Source of the DNA: Veleropilina oligotropha
Taxonomy: Eukaryota
Assembly (NCBI GenBank): GCA_048128005.1
Contig: JBEUKZ010000023.1
Span: 62,001-126,000, forward strand
Direction of reading: 5' to 3'
DNA length: 64,000 bases
The notes beneath the pieces were generated by a model. That model was not told where the DNA came from. It ran no database searches and saw only the letters and a list, made by a program, of their open reading frames with translations. The translations under genes and the position numbers were made by a program. Of this stretch, positions 13,601 to 25,770 are shown in pieces; positions within the stretch are counted from its first letter, which is position 1; each line of letters begins with the position of its first letter.

Positions 13601-13931
13601 CGATCTGGGTACAGATCCTTCAGGAACAGGCTGTTGATAATGGTTGACTTCCCCAATCCAGATTCACCTGAAAGATTTTTGAACGAATTATTAAGCAATA
13701 AGGAATGTGGTGGTTTTAAGAGTCTAGAACAATGTTCCTGTGTCGGAGCCTTCCTGCATAAGTTACTCTTGACATGCAAATTAGGTTCTGCATCACACGT
13801 GACTAATATGAGCAGATTACTTTGGAATGGGACTCACCAACAACCATGAGGGTGAAATCAAATCCTCGCTTAACGGCTTTCCTGTGGACTTGATCCGGCA
13901 ATGAAGCAAATCCGATGTATTCGTCGTCATC
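1567..13931 (-). CDS. SEPT4/5-like: Septin, SEPT2 group (SEPT4/SEPT5-like); span of seven core coding exons, 3' part continues beyond left edge
   Basis: Spliced translation [46 protein letters not shown]...LTIVDTPGF...[41 protein letters not shown]...[32 protein letters not shown]...[11 protein letters not shown]1, G3 and G4 motifs present; all introns GT-AG with matching phases. Confidence 0.96.
1670..1932 (-). mobile_element. tRNA-derived SINE, family A, with 14-bp TSD acagcagcctagaa
   Basis: Minus strand starts with tRNA-like head (A-box-like agtggtgtag, B-box gggttcgaacc); TSD at 1656-1669 and 1933-1946; homologous copies elsewhere in window. Confidence 0.85.
2326..2427 (-). CDS. Septin exon ([23 protein letters not shown])
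   Basis: tgcag acceptor, gtacgg donor, phase 0/0; motif typical of SEPT4/5. Confidence 0.95.
2480..3577 (+). mobile_element. Helentron-associated (HINE/DINE-like) non-autonomous element with ~6 x 158-bp tandem core
   Basis: 5' subterminal gcccgcctt, tandem units with tgaccttgacctttgaccc, (gacg)n microsatellite, 3' hairpin gccctgcctt-tag-aaggcgggc. Confidence 0.75.
3865..3982 (-). CDS. Septin exon (G4 AKAD)
   Basis: [39 protein letters not shown]; ttcag acceptor, gtaaac donor. Confidence 0.95.
4300..4453 (-). mobile_element. SINE family A, internally deleted copy
   Basis: gatgcttaatgtcctgtatat...gagtctgcaacc...tgtcggagcggcc matches the 1670-1932 copy. Confidence 0.7.
4554..4762. repeat. DIRS inverted terminal repeat (3' end of element)
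   Basis: Near-perfect reverse complement of 11470-11678. Confidence 0.95.
4823..4917. repeat. DIRS internal complementary region (ICR)
   Basis: First half complements the left terminus (atgaggtttttaattaaacctaat...), second half complements the right terminus (...gtatgtttgtaactacat). Confidence 0.92.
5686..6800 (-). pseudogene. DIRS tyrosine recombinase, in-frame TAG at 6460-6462 (5' limit approximate)
   Basis: [33 protein letters not shown] (R-HxxR-W-Y catalytic set); N-terminal part lies in the 6460..8370 ORF, same frame. Confidence 0.9.
6627..8803 (-). pseudogene. DIRS pol: reverse transcriptase, RNase H, DNA N6-adenine methyltransferase-like domain
   Basis: [83 protein letters not shown]...YAFPP. 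Frameshift near 8365 and stop at 7731-7733. Confidence 0.92.
8691..10508 (-). CDS. DIRS ORF1 (gag-like)
   Basis: 605-aa ORF upstream of and overlapping pol; acidic/Ser tract, helical C-terminal block (LLRRDACL...PLFG), basic tail. Confidence 0.75.
   Translation of the reverse strand: MGLVAAANHTLPASKVYLAAQRTAEQGRRSPSCSSGYVSPSAGNSPFNDGEQPNEKANIEAGHHYDGLRSGQLATPETSSETDATNPWVFLLNLGAHDVFRGPVLSRAPTMVTLDNVDRPAAFVTGFYGDLTVPRSNRAVDQYGLWPQSYRSSGPLIAPSGQSFGFDHSTGDPRPWFSGPPVRAARLPCATVSSTELPAVSSSPVMPPGFSYENVQAMIAAEFEARCKAWQPASQPLQFPTPLPMAQSTAPASVMEIDPRSDEDLDSTHSDLPESVGPEDGSLSGTQEQTSTTRRRLDAVASLRGVLGLPEPTRSDVGSVKHRTAAHRFVEKEAPVLPSLPQSGLVDLVVDSTTKLIQGRNPVEASPLTEFPSGFHSGRYLWASSRSIPFACTGPCLATEPAHVDAALRRLTASHTPSVAKVPWSALEAFESAARRALRLSSVQDFFLDGAVAVLQEEGPGACEAALSFLQEVAAAMETKALETGRVLGNALLLRRDACLERTSLDEATRRSLRCVPLFGDNFTEFVDKRAADLKDRAIEKAVMHPPRGPPADSRKRSGPTRTPKPSKRARPSSGGRPPASKPTQRRQAPPAKPRQQSGRGKPRP
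11470..11678. repeat. DIRS inverted terminal repeat (5' end of element)
   Basis: Near-perfect reverse complement of 4554-4762. Confidence 0.95.
11719..11853 (-). CDS. Septin exon ([12 protein letters not shown]...[15 protein letters not shown])
   Basis: tgtag acceptor, gtaagt donor, phase 2/2. Confidence 0.95.
12100..12300 (-). mobile_element. tRNA-derived SINE, family B (other copies ~22290-22475 and ~27375-27565)
   Basis: Shared ctgaccgacat...catgcct...ttttaagc.gt.gaa...actc.ggacc...ctaacagc block in three places; tRNA-like head on minus strand. Confidence 0.6.
12522..12645 (-). CDS. Septin exon (G3 DTPG)
   Basis: [42 protein letters not shown]; ttcag acceptor, gtaaat donor. Confidence 0.95.
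12810..13140 (+). mobile_element. SINE with conserved central domain and (TAT)n tail
   Basis: B-box-like gagttcgcccc, central cctcggtccacccagc...aatgggtacctgg, 3' agcgcatt...aatgcgct hairpin and tattattatt tail. Confidence 0.65.
13581..13667 (-). CDS. Septin exon (G1/P-loop GESGLGKST)
   Basis: ttcag acceptor, gtagga donor, phase 1/1. Confidence 0.95.
13838..13931 (-). CDS. Septin exon ([31 protein letters not shown])
   Basis: ttcag acceptor, gtgagt donor, polybasic region upstream of G1. Confidence 0.95.
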
Positions 13932-14602
13932 CTGAAAGTGAACATGGAATCATGACAAAATATGGAGGAAGCAATAAATTCTTCCAGAAATTAAATAGAA
14001 AACTAAAGATTTAACGTAGCTATCAAAATCCTTGAGCCCACAACTCTATAGGGGGTGCATCGCCTCACATGGCAGCCATTTTGACAAATGAACTGTTGAC
14101 TGTAGGGAGTGGGCGTTAGGCGTAATATCCTTGTCATAATTAATGTGGATATCATATTTGAATCAAATCAGATTAGAACTGTTCACTTTAGAGTGCACAC
14201 AAGAAATCATTTCAAACAAAATGGCCACCACGGCGGCCATCTTGAATCCAAAAACAACGAAAATCGTTAGGAATCGTGTCCTCATCATAACTATAAATGA
14301 GGATATCAAATCGGATTAATAGAAGAACTTTTGACTGATATAGCTATAGCGCACATAAGAAATATCTGCGGTGAGGGCACGATGATTATAACCATACAAG
14401 CCCATACTTACTATTCTCCGGGGATATAATTGATGAATATGACATATGTCTACACAGACTCTGCTAAAAGCAAACTTGTAAATGAAGTCTAATAGTAATA
14501 CAATAGAACACTTTCATCGCAACTGTAATTTCATTATCACGTCCCTTGAACCCAAATGCCACTAAAAGATATTTTAATTTTCAAACTCCACATGTGTGCA
14601 TT

Positions 14603-15672
14603 ATAGAGGGGATCTCACATGAGTGGTCATTTAATATCACATTTATGAAACGAGTTAACTAATTTTCATATTTTCCGAGGTTTTACAAAGGAAAATATGA
14701 AAATTAGTTAACGAGTTTCATAAATGTGATATTAAATGACCACGAATGTGAGATTCTGTTTATCATATATCTCAAACGTACAAAGAAACAAGCTGTACAA
14801 CGTTGTTAATTTTTCTGTCACGTTCTAACATAATACTGACATAAATATGCGGCATAGTAATATTGCCTAGGGTAAATTTGTAAATTGATTGTTCACGCCA
14901 TGAATAAGTGCCAATGAGTGTGAAAAAGAACTCCGTTCTTCTACTCTATTATCTATACAGAGCAACAAATGTGATTATGAAAAGAACTAATGTCGCTTTT
15001 ATTTCAATATTATACTACTCCAACAAGCTCTATTCTAATAACATTAAACAAGCATGAGGGTTGGGTGTCGATTTCGTTATCCAGTTTGAAGCGAGGTAAG
15101 TGTCGTCTGCTGCCGACTATATTTCGTCAAGTACATATACAACATCATAATCATGACAAATTTGACAGTTTTGTATACGGTAACAAATATGGACACGTTT
15201 TCAAATTAATTTATAAAAATACAACGTTAATATGTTAATTTCCATCTACAATCAGTTCGAAGCGACGTTAAGATGGCGGCCATGAATGAAATGGACACCT
15301 TGTGAATAGCGGAAACTAATGGCAAACTTCTATCATGTACATTGAATTTTGTATGCTATAACTTTCAGTAGTTAAACGATCTTACCTGGATGGCTGCACC
15401 TATTATTTCAACTAAATATTGGTCGTTAGTTGCAGTATTTTCCCTTGACCTTCGCCATGTTTTTCTGATCGGATAATCACAAACAGTAAAAAATAGTCCT
15501 ATGTGTGTATGGAAAATGACCTTTTGTGACAAGCTCTATCATTGGCTGTTATGTTGATTCATTGATTAAATTATCCAATCAAAATTAGAAAGTCGATATT
15601 AAATAGTACAGTATGTAATATCATTTTTAATACACACTTTGGCCCTATGTAAAAAGACCCTGATATATGATA
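14603..15672. mobile_element. Non-autonomous element with long terminal hairpin and TTATCATATATC/GATATATGATAA inverted pair (Crypton-like?)
   Basis: Hairpin ~14611-14754; inverted motif at ~14760 and ~15662-15672. Confidence 0.55.
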
Positions 15673-15968
15673 ACAAGCACTATTAAATCAAGTGAATAAG
15701 AATATTGCCAGTACTTTCAGTTTACACTCACCATCATCTGGCATACTGACAGAACTGATAGTAGTTAAGCTTTCCACCCCTACACAATAATAGTACGGCC
15801 CAGTAATAACTATGAAATCAACATTAGCATCATGCAGTTCATATAATATGTACATTTCAGGATCGCTCATGCAGGTGTTTATAATTGCGACTTACTTGAA
15901 AGAACACACACAAATGTGGTTAACTAATAGCCGCTCATCGTACAAAAAAAAGATTTACAATAGTTTTA

Positions 15969-16658
15969 CAGTATAATCTCGCTTAAAAGGGCATGCCCTT
16001 ATAAGTGGGTATGCCCTTATATTTGAATATAAGGGCATGCCCTTATAAATGAGAACGTTTAAATTTTGAAACTAGTGAAACTCAATATTCCGCTTATAAG
16101 AGCAACATGTCCAACCAACTTCCCATTTAGCAAATATACCCCACAGAGTTGTTGAGAGATCATTTTTCATCCTTGCGTATTCAATAAATTGTCAAATACA
16201 TTAATTTGTCCGGAACAATTCTATAAACATGAACGCCTATCACCGAACTATGGAAAAGAGCAACACTAAATCTCGACAATGATTCTATCGAAGTCATCGT
16301 TCGACGTTGACATGCAGGCGCAGACCACGTGGAAGCAAATTTGTTATCAATATTTATATTATTTAGTCGTGTTAATATTATCATTATTAATTATGATTTA
16401 TTGCCATAATAAACAAATATAAAGGAAACAAGAATATCATTGCATAATATTGTTATTAAGAGTGCTATCAATCTTGCATGCCCGTATAAGTGAATTATTG
16501 CCATGCCCTTATATTCGAATATAAGAGCATGCCCTTATATTCGAATATAAGAGCATGCCCTTATAAACGGGAGCGTTTAATTTTTTAAGGTGATAAAAAA
16601 TGCAAAAATTCACTTATAACATGTATAAGGGCATGTCCTTATAAGCGCGATTATACCA
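15969..16658. mobile_element. Tc1/mariner(pogo)-type MITE
   Basis: TA|cagtataatctcgctta ... taagcgcgattatacca|TA; subterminal palindromes ataagggcatgcccttat. Confidence 0.75.
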
Positions 16659-17018
16659 TACCAAGTTTCTCCATGCATAATGTCCAAACTCTATCATTAG
16701 TTTAACGTGTCATTTGTGATTGACAAAGTCAACATTCAAGTAATTCGATTCTATAGTACAAAGAAACGCCTGTCATAACATAAACATTCGAAATGTCAGA
16801 TTTGAGTTATATCATGGACAAGAAAATACCCTGGAGTAAAAACGTCCCTATCAGAGTGATGATACTAGGATAGTAGTGTTTGTATAGACATGTTATAGTC
16901 TGTCAGTTGAATGCACACAGACACATAAAACTGTCTGTATCTCATGCGATATCATGCACAGAGTTGGTATTAAAATAGTCAAACGTAGGTGTATCCCTAT
17001 TAGTCATACAAATCCCAT

Positions 17019-17257
17019 AAGGCATTTATACATTACAAATTTCACATCAAGGCATTTATACATTACAAATTTCACATCAAGGCATTTATACATTACAAAT
17101 TTCACATCAAGGCATTTATACATTACAAATTTCACATCAAGGCATTTATACATTACAAATTTCACATCAAGGCATTTATACGTTACAAATTTCACATCAA
17201 GGCATTTATACATTACAAAGTTCACATCAAGGCATTTATACATTACAAATTTCACAT
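17019..17257. repeat. 30-bp minisatellite, ~8 copies
   Basis: aaggcatttatacattacaaatttcacatc repeated near-identically. Confidence 0.95.
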
Positions 17258-17268
17258 AAAGTGTTTAA

Positions 17269-17607
17269 AGGGACAGGGTCTGCTTCAGATCGCTAAATAC
17301 TAGTAAACACCATTTAATCTAACACTTTCTATATGTATTCATTGTCTAAAGTTGGGATGGTTTACATAGTACCACATTCTGAAAAAAATTGGACATTTAA
17401 TAAAAAGTGATTTTTATTTAAATTTTGATTAAAAAGCGTACGCTTTTTAATCAAAATTTAAATAAAAATCACTTTTTATTAAATGTCCAATTTTTTTCAG
17501 AATGCTGTAATATGTAAACCATCCCAACTTTAGACAATGAATACATACAGAAAGTGTTAGAAATGGTGTTTAACAGTATTTAGCGATCAGAAGCAGACAC
17601 TGTCCCT
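17269..17607. mobile_element. Spacerless palindromic (foldback) MITE with TTAA TSD, Kolobok-like
   Basis: TTAA|agggacag...aaaaagcgtacgcttttt...ctgtccct|TTAA. Confidence 0.85.
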
Positions 17608-18282
17608 TTAAGTTTGTTATTATGACTTGATAATATACATTAATAGATGAGCACCACCTCCGTAAGGGGAGCTGATCGCATGTTTGTTCATTCTAGATCA
17701 AAATCCAGGATCACATTTATGCAGTACGTGCTCATCTTGCACAACCGTGTTGTGATTTTTCTGTTATATATCAATCATCGTCAAGATAGCAGTTGTTTTG
17801 TCAAATAGATTTTATTACCTCCATCAAGAAAGCTATATGCTAATTCCTCCGTGTTTGTATGGTAGCAGTATTATGCCAAATGACATGCATGGATTTCGAT
17901 CAAGTTTTGTAGATGAATTGGCCTTGCGCCCAATGACCATTCCATTGGATCTTGGTGCCGTGATGGTGATCCAAATCGGGATCTGATGATGTTATATCCT
18001 GGTTTTTGAAGAAAATGTGTTTGTCATAGAGATCTGTCTGTAATTGTTTAGCCATAAGGAGGTTCGTTATCTCTGTTTGCCCTTGATTTCTTCTAATCAG
18101 TTACTTTTATGACCACATCTTAACAATTTTTCAGTCTTATTGTAACTAGAGGACACTGGCTTAACGTCGCTTTTCGATTTTGTTACATCACGCGACCAAT
18201 CAACCATTGAGCTGAATTAATTTTGGAGATCGTTACGAACCATTGCGCTCGACATGGTTTTGCCGTAGCCCTGTCAAATATA

Positions 18283-18841
18283 TCATGGCTTGTTAGTGAC
18301 ATCTCGTTGTTTCGTTACTTTGCAATGCTAATTAGCGCCTTTAAATCTCGTCCTTTCGCCCCGCTAATTAGCGACCTTAAATCTCATTCTTTCGCCCCGC
18401 TAATTAGCGACCTTTCTTAGATCTTGTTCTTTCGTCTCGCTAATTAGCGACCTTCCTTAAATCTCGTTCTTTCGCCCCGCTAATTAGCGACCTTCCTTAA
18501 ATCTCATTCTTTTGCCCCACTAACAGACTAATTCGAGCCCTTAAATCTCGTCCTTTCGCTCCGCTAATTAGCGACCTTAAATCTCATCCTTACACCCGCT
18601 AATTAGCGACAATTGCTTACCTACTGTCCAATTACAATACGACGACTGACCTTTGCCCACTGTTCATTTCAACCACAAGGCGAAGTAACAAGATTTAATT
18701 AGCAGAGCGAAAGGACGAGATTTAAGGGGCGAAAGGACAGGATTTAAGGGTGCTAATTAGCAGGTCGAAAGGACGAGATTTAAGGGTGCTAATTAGCGGG
18801 GCGAAGTAACGAAACAACGAGATGTCAGTAACAAGCCATCA
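18283..18841. mobile_element. MITE with ~40-bp TIRs and internal gctaattagcg tandem repeats
   Basis: atggcttgttagtgacatctcgttgtttcgttactt versus its reverse complement ending ~18840. Confidence 0.75.
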
Positions 18842-18995
18842 TACAAATACCATTATATAGCCCATAATGTATACTGCTAATTTACGGAATCAGAATAACT
18901 GGTATCACATTCCATAAACCTGTTCACAGAAAAGCATGCCAGTTCCAGTATAAGCCATTAAATATGATACAAATCTTGTTTGCTTATATATTCAG

Positions 18996-19206
18996 GAGGA
19001 GGAGGAATTATGCTTAATGTCCTGTATATTTATAACATCGACGGGTAAACCCGCCCTCTTCGGCCAGTCACGGACAACTGTGCTTCATAACTTGAACAAA
19101 TGTGTGCTGCCTCAGCCGGGGGTCGATCCCACTACTGTTCGCGTCAGCGGAAACAAGCCAGTGAATTTAGAGTGGACACTCTACCCACTGCGCTACCGAA
19201 GCGGCC
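18996..19206 (-). mobile_element. SINE family A with 12-bp TSD ttatatattcag
   Basis: TSD at 18984-18995 and 19207-19218; homology to 1670-1932. Confidence 0.85.
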
Positions 19207-19578
19207 TTATATATTCAGACAACGACATAAAACATAACACCCCCCAATATCATCGACAATCTGCTAAAATGGACAGAAAACTAAAACTAAAACTAAATAT
19301 TTGCATTATTGTAATGAGTGTAAATAAATCTGTCTTTATACTGCGGAGAAAATAAACATATGAACCCTATAATAACATGATTAACCATATACCCCACTGA
19401 CATACACGCTATGGTAGTATCAGTATCACATTGTACTCTATGGTCATGACACTCTAGGCCATCATGTAGCTCTTTGTGAGTGAAGGACTAATGTTACAAG
19501 CTGGATGGGACATAAATGACTATCACAATGCACAGCTTTGACAATGGTCGTACATATATAGAGAAATTTTTGACATAC

Positions 19579-19605
19579 CTGTCGTGAGTGAGTTTTTATA
19601 GACAT
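19579..19605 (-). CDS. Candidate septin first coding exon (MSIKTHSRQ); whole exon ~19579-19659
   Basis: ATG preceded by in-frame stop; CAG|gtatgt phase-0 donor fits the phase-0 exon at 13931; tttctacag acceptor upstream. Confidence 0.55.
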
Positions 19606-20038
19606 TTTGATGACAATGTCACATTATGTGGTGCAGGTCACTGGTGTAGAATATGTACTCTGTAGAAATATGGACAACAATACACGGAGATGCAGATCAT
19701 AGCATTTTGGTACAACACAGCATGTTACGAAGCAGTGCGTCAAACAAAATACAATTTATAGGCCCTACTTAGAGAAGCAATACTTGCAAAATAATTAAAT
19801 TACATTTTAAATAGAATTTTTTTGGGTTTAGGAAGTGCATTACTGCCACTCATATTAAAACCCATTGTTGTTTCTGGTCATCTATAGCCTGCCCTGTTTC
19901 TTAAAATAATCATCTATGCGGTTTTTAAATTGGTTTACAGATGTTGATTCTACTACATTACTAGGAAGACTGTTCCATTCATCGACAACCCGATTTGAGA
20001 AAAAGGTATGATAGTCAAAAGGTATATTTATTCAATAA

Positions 20039-20300
20039 GGAAAGGAAAGGATTGATCCTTAAGGTCCTGTGTATTTCCAACCATCTATTGCTTCAAAGAA
20101 AGTCCATATCGCGGGAGAAAAGCCTGATCGCCCGGGTAAACCCACCCTCTCCGACCAGTTATGGACAACTGATTCATAACTTGAATAAATGTGTGATATC
20201 CCTGCCGAGGTTTGAACCCACTACGGTTTGTGTCAGCGGAGTCAAGCCAGTGATTGTTCAGAGTCCACAACTGAAATCACACAAATGTCGAAGCAGTCGT
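20039..20300 (-). mobile_element. SINE family A with TSD ttattcaataa
   Basis: Homology to 1670-1932; flanking direct repeat. Confidence 0.8.
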
Positions 20301-20610
20301 ATTATTCAATAAACAGGCAACCCCGTGGTTGATTACATGGATGTGTGTGGTTGATTACATGGATAAGCGTGTGGCATCCAATTCACTCGTCTGGCTGCAC
20401 TGGAGAGGGTTTAAAGCCTCAGCTAAGCTCTCTGTGAAGTTAACAGTCGTAGATGTCCATTACCGTCCAGAGTGGGAGAGTTTCACTGGAAAATCCTCAG
20501 ACTTTGATTTCCTCCCATGACAATAAGGACATGTCTCAAGTTGACCATAGATGTATCAGGTAACAGGATTTTTAGCCATCCCTTCTAATAATAAGGTCTA
20601 ATCTGTTTAA

Positions 20611-21584
20611 AGATGCAGGATCTACTTCAGATCGCTAAAACGTATTTAAATGCTGTTCTCTCTTACACTTTCTGCATTGATTTATTGCATATAGTTAGGA
20701 CCTTTCAGAGATTACCACACACGGCAAAATTTTTTTTCACTTAGTAATAAATATTTGAACTTTTTTTATTGAATTATGAACCCGGGCTCATAATTCGAGC
20801 CGATTGTACACCAGATTTATACGGAAATGAACGACGGCTTGGCGGAATCTTAGCTCCGCCCTAAATCACTCCCGCGATCTATATATACCGGGCCATGTCA
20901 AGGTCGTCCTTGTCCGAGTTTTGTTTATATCGGTTTCTATGGCGGATGTCGACAAAAGAAAGAGAGGCAGGCCGCCGTTATCGACTTATAAACAAAGTAT
21001 TTATCTATGAAAGAATAATGCAATTATCGCCAACCTTTGAATTTAAGACGATTATAAAATTGATGTATGCGAAAAACTAGAAATAATAAATAACGTGATC
21101 AATGAAAATTGGATGCGGCTACTTCAACTTGTAAACAAACAGTGAATGCCCATCATTACAATGTCGAGGTGCGCAATAGGCCTAATTAGTTGGTGAAATA
21201 AATATGGTTATTATGTTAGTATTGCTGCCATATACTACAATTATGAGAAACTAGCTATATCTTTCAATGCAATACATCAATTTCAGCGAACCGCAAATAA
21301 ACACTGACCTAGATGCAACGCCATTTCCTTGCTCTGCACGTCAATCATATCGACGGGACCACGTGACGTTTGACCCAATAACGATAAATGAGATAAGATT
21401 GGTTCGGAGATTGACGCGCTCGAATAAAATACCACGTCGGCTGAAGTGAATATTAAATGCTAGCAACACCTTTTGTTGCATTTTAACTTTTCCTTCATCC
21501 TAAAAACATGTCATGTATGGATACCATATCGTATTTATAGTTTTCTTTCGTATGAAATATCATACGAATGTAGATTCAGCATCT
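20611..21584. mobile_element. Non-autonomous Kolobok-like DNA transposon, TTAA TSD
   Basis: TTAA|agatgcaggatctac ... gtagattcagcatct|TTAA; left end resembles the arms of 17269-17607 (cttcagatcgctaaa). Confidence 0.75.
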
Positions 21585-23440
21585 TTAAGAGTTAAAATTG
21601 GTAACACTATGGCCACGAAATTTGATTCAGTGTCCGAATTGACCTTACCATGTGCGCTTAAAGAGGTATCAAACATGCTTTTAATAGCTAATTTAAGGGG
21701 TGATTGCCTTTCCTACAACAATATATCTTAGAAAAACTAGAGAAAGAGATGCGAGATGAACACCTTTGCTTTTATAAACATTTCATTATACATGTAATCG
21801 CAATTTATCAAATATATAGTTCGTAGATGTGTGTCGCGTTGCAGTGGTGTGAATAAATTATTCAAATTCTAGCAAAAAACTCTATCCACGTTTGTAGCTT
21901 TAATCTGAATTGACCAGTGACCTTCCCTGAATAAAACTTATCCTCGGGGCGTTCATTCGTAACTAGGTGTGAAAAGCAAGCAGGCAGGAAATAAACCCCT
22001 GTGGCCATTGTGTGCGCTATTTATGGGAACTTTCACAATAATTGAAGTGGACAGGGTCAATATTTGCATAGAAAGGTAAAAGGAGGACGCAAAATAAACA
22101 GACATTTACGGGCGACTCATTGTCTTCTCTGGATCGTCTCGACACAGACGATCATAAAGGTCACCCATTCCGTAGGTATTTGTTTATTAAAGATGCAAGT
22201 ATTTTACTTAGCTGCATTTACTCAGTTGAGCTAAAACACACTACTTATGTAAGAAAAACAGTTTGATAAAAGGTTGGAGTTGGCCACTTTGTTTTATGAC
22301 CAATTTTGACTTGTCGCTGTCGGGACACCAGGTTTAAGATCTCACTCCAATCTGACCGACATATTGAGCATATGCCTGCCTATCGTTTGAAGTGGTAGAA
22401 TAAGCCACCTCTGATCTCGAACTAGGGCGCACCTAACAGCCTTGGAAGAGTCTCCGATGCGGTAAACACTCGCCTCCCCATAAAATGTTTTTAAATAGTA
22501 CACCACCAGAATAAGTTAATAATATGGTAAGACGCTAATTATTAAATACATGAAACAACAATCTTTTTCTTTTTTTAAAGGCAGTCGCAATAATTCAGCA
22601 GACAAAATATCTCTATGCCCATCAAACAATTAGCAATTATATGTTATCATAATGTCATAACCATATTTCCTTTTCAGCTACGCACAGTCACTTCGGAGGG
22701 ATTTTTGTCAATATAGAGAAATACCGTGTCAATCCAAAAAGTCAATAACTGCCCTGCAACAGAGTACACACGATCAATGCACAATGATACTAAATATTAG
22801 AACAATAATCACCACGGCAAACGTTATTCATCGTTAATCCATGAATATACCAGTCAAACCATTCAACTGACGTTGGTCGCATCTTGAGTCGGGCGAGTGA
22901 ATCGAGACCCGGCCTCGCTCGTATAGACTACACCTTAGGGCGGCTCTCTCTGACATAATACGCGAGGAATACATCCGACACGTGAAAGCGCATCATGTAT
23001 TTCAGTCACCAATATAATCACTATATACAAACAGTTATAAACTATAGTTACCTCGCATCTGTCGCCCTTTGTCCCAAACATCGCTTCACAAATGAATGCT
23101 TATCGCAATATCCAATTGTTTATGCCAGCAATCAAGATGTATGCATAAATACTGCAGCCGGTCATTATCTAGTAAATGCTGGTGAGATAGATACGCATAA
23201 ACTATTGACTACAATTATTGTACTAAAACAGTCGGTGTAGTATATGGCACTGGCTGCGTTAATCCTAGTTCTGGCCGACTAGCGACGAGGATAATAGAGA
23301 TATTGACGTCTATCAACACAGCCTCGCAGAGAGCATCATCAACACACTACTTTATTGATTTCGTACAGACTATATATTTTAGCATAAACATTTGCATATG
23401 AATGATTCTGTGAATATATACGATCAATATTTGGAGAGAT

Positions 23441-23691
23441 GATTGGATTGGATCGATGCTTAATGTCCTGTAGGTTTAAGGCAGAAAATGTCCATATTAT
23501 CGCAAGACGAAAACCCGGTCGCCCCGAAAAAACCCGCCCTCTCCAGCCAGTTACGGACAAATGCGATTCATAACTGAACAAATAATGCCGGTGTCCCAAC
23601 CGAGATTCGAACCCCCTGCTGTTCATTTCAGCGGAATCAAACCAGACATTTCAGTGTCTGAAAATGAAGCCACACGTCTGTTGGATCGGCC
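23441..23691 (-). mobile_element. SINE family A (further partial copy ~45715-45870)
   Basis: gatgcttaatgtcctgta...cagttacggacaa...cgagattcgaaccc...cggaatcaa. Confidence 0.8.
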
Positions 23692-23744
23692 ACTTTTGAG
23701 ATATGAAGGCACGTATGTATAATGTTCGAGTAATATTAACATAA

Positions 23745-25770
23745 AATTAAAGCTGCGAGCAGCTGTGAGGGCTTCAATCAGATAAATGAAATAAAAAAAA
23801 GACGTAAAATACAAAAAAATAAAAAAGTTTAAAAAAAAAAAAAAAAGTTTAAAAAAAATACTAAATTTAAAAAAATATTTTTTATATTTTAAGATATACA
23901 TATGGCCATTCTGAATCGAATGCCGCCAATCTTAGATTTCTACGCCGAAAGTGCTAGGGGGGCCAGAAAATTTTGAAACCTAGATGCTATGAAATCTATT
24001 ATCTTGTGCATTAACCTATGATGGAAATTAAGAAGTATCTATAATAATGAATGCGCAACTGGACTGACCAACAGAATATCAATGTTTTCACCATATATTA
24101 ACAGTTAATGAATCATGTAGCCTTCTGTTGGCTAAATGTTTACTTAAGCCTGATAGCAGAACTTCTCAAGGGCCTTGCTGTCCACTGGACAGGGTTGCCG
24201 CGCGGCTTTATGACACCTCAAAGAGACAGGCTCATAAACTGCCTACTTCATCTGATAAGGCAATTAGCACTGAGCTGGTCGCGCCGAAATGAGACGAGGA
24301 ATTAAAATAGTATTTTTTAAACAATGAAAGTACTTATTGTATTCTTGTCACAATTCTCTAATATAACGATCTTTATATAGTATATTTTATGCGAAAATCT
24401 GGAAGAAAAAGGACGATTTTTAGAGGCGCTATGAAGCAATATTCATCTAAAAAAACTAAGTCTAATAACTCTCAAGCAACTCATTTTAGCGATGTATTCT
24501 ATAGATATTACATTCGATATTTTCGATACGAATAAAATGAATTGCGTCACGTTTCATATAAATGAAAATTAAAGAAGTTAGTCAATTTAATATTAAATTT
24601 AATGTCTTCATAACTCCTTTTTAATTTGTCTCACAAAGTATTCCATTAGAACAACATATACCGATATAATGCTTTGTCAAAACTACCAAGTGTCGATAAG
24701 ATCACGCTACTCAGTTCTGAGAAAAGCGCATTTTAATGTTTTCAAAAAATCAAAGATTGCGACGAAACCATGGCATTTATTGGCTAAAATTTTGCGGCAA
24801 ACATTACTTGATATCGATGCGCACTCACCCTGGAAGATTGGAAAGATTTCGTGGAGTGCATTGAAAGATACTGCAGAAATGAAAAATTGAAAAAACTTCA
24901 AAATTTTGTCAAGATTAGGACGCCCGTAGCGATCTTAGCATTGAAAAAATGAAAATTTCATTTCCAAGAGATTGTTGTCTCAATAGTCTAGATCATGCCT
25001 TTGAAGATTTTGTCTCGATCTCGAAAGCCGTGTAAGACTTATATCGTTTTTGAAAAGAGGTCATTTTTTTACAAAATTGAAGATTACGACCAAAGCATAA
25101 AATCCCGAAACTTGAAAATAGAACGAGGCAATGCTTCAATGATGTGCCCAAGCACACATGAATTTTGAAAGCTGTAGCTATAGCCGTTTTCGCGCTAAAG
25201 TGCCCACAAAAAAACGTCAGAATAAGAACAAGATATAGCCATTTTTAAATTGATTTCAGTATGGCCGCCGGTTAAATTAAAAATTCAAAAATCCACTCTC
25301 AAGACATTTTTGACAAGCGACTCTGGCATCCGAATATACTAATCATGTCCCGCTAGGTTAAATATTAACAAAGTTATAAAAGAAGCTAGTTTATGACGTA
25401 ATTCAAGATGACCGCCAGACTACTAGCGCCATAAACTTGAAAATAGAACGAGGCAATGCTTCAATGGTGTGCCCAAGCACACATGAATTTTGAAAGCTGT
25501 AGCTATAGCCGTTTTCGCGCTAAAGTGCCCACAAAAAACGTCAAAATAAGAGACGTAATTCAAGATGGCCGCCAGACTACTAGCGCCATGAAACTTGAAA
25601 ATAGAACGAGGCAATGCTTCAATGATGTGCCCAAGCACACATGAATTTTGAAAGCTGTAGCTATAGCCGTTTTCGCGCTAAAGTGCCCACAAAAAAACGT
25701 CAGAATAAGAATAATAACCGGTACAATTTCAATAGGGCTTCAAGCTTGAAAGAGTTTGAAGCCCTAATTA
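23745..25770 (+). mobile_element. HINE-like element with ~155-bp tandem units near its 3' end
   Basis: 5' agggcttcaa subterminal motif; 3' hairpin agggcttcaagct-tgaa-agagtttgaagccct; repeats starting ~25110, ~25435, ~25590. Confidence 0.6.

Noticed and set aside
15732..15760. Possible small septin exon with gtgagt donor (MPDD)
   Set aside because: Phase-1 end does not fit the phase-0 exon at 13931; no supporting homology.
16954..17259. ORFs with 10-aa repeats on both strands
   Set aside because: A 30-bp stop-free minisatellite; no other coding evidence.
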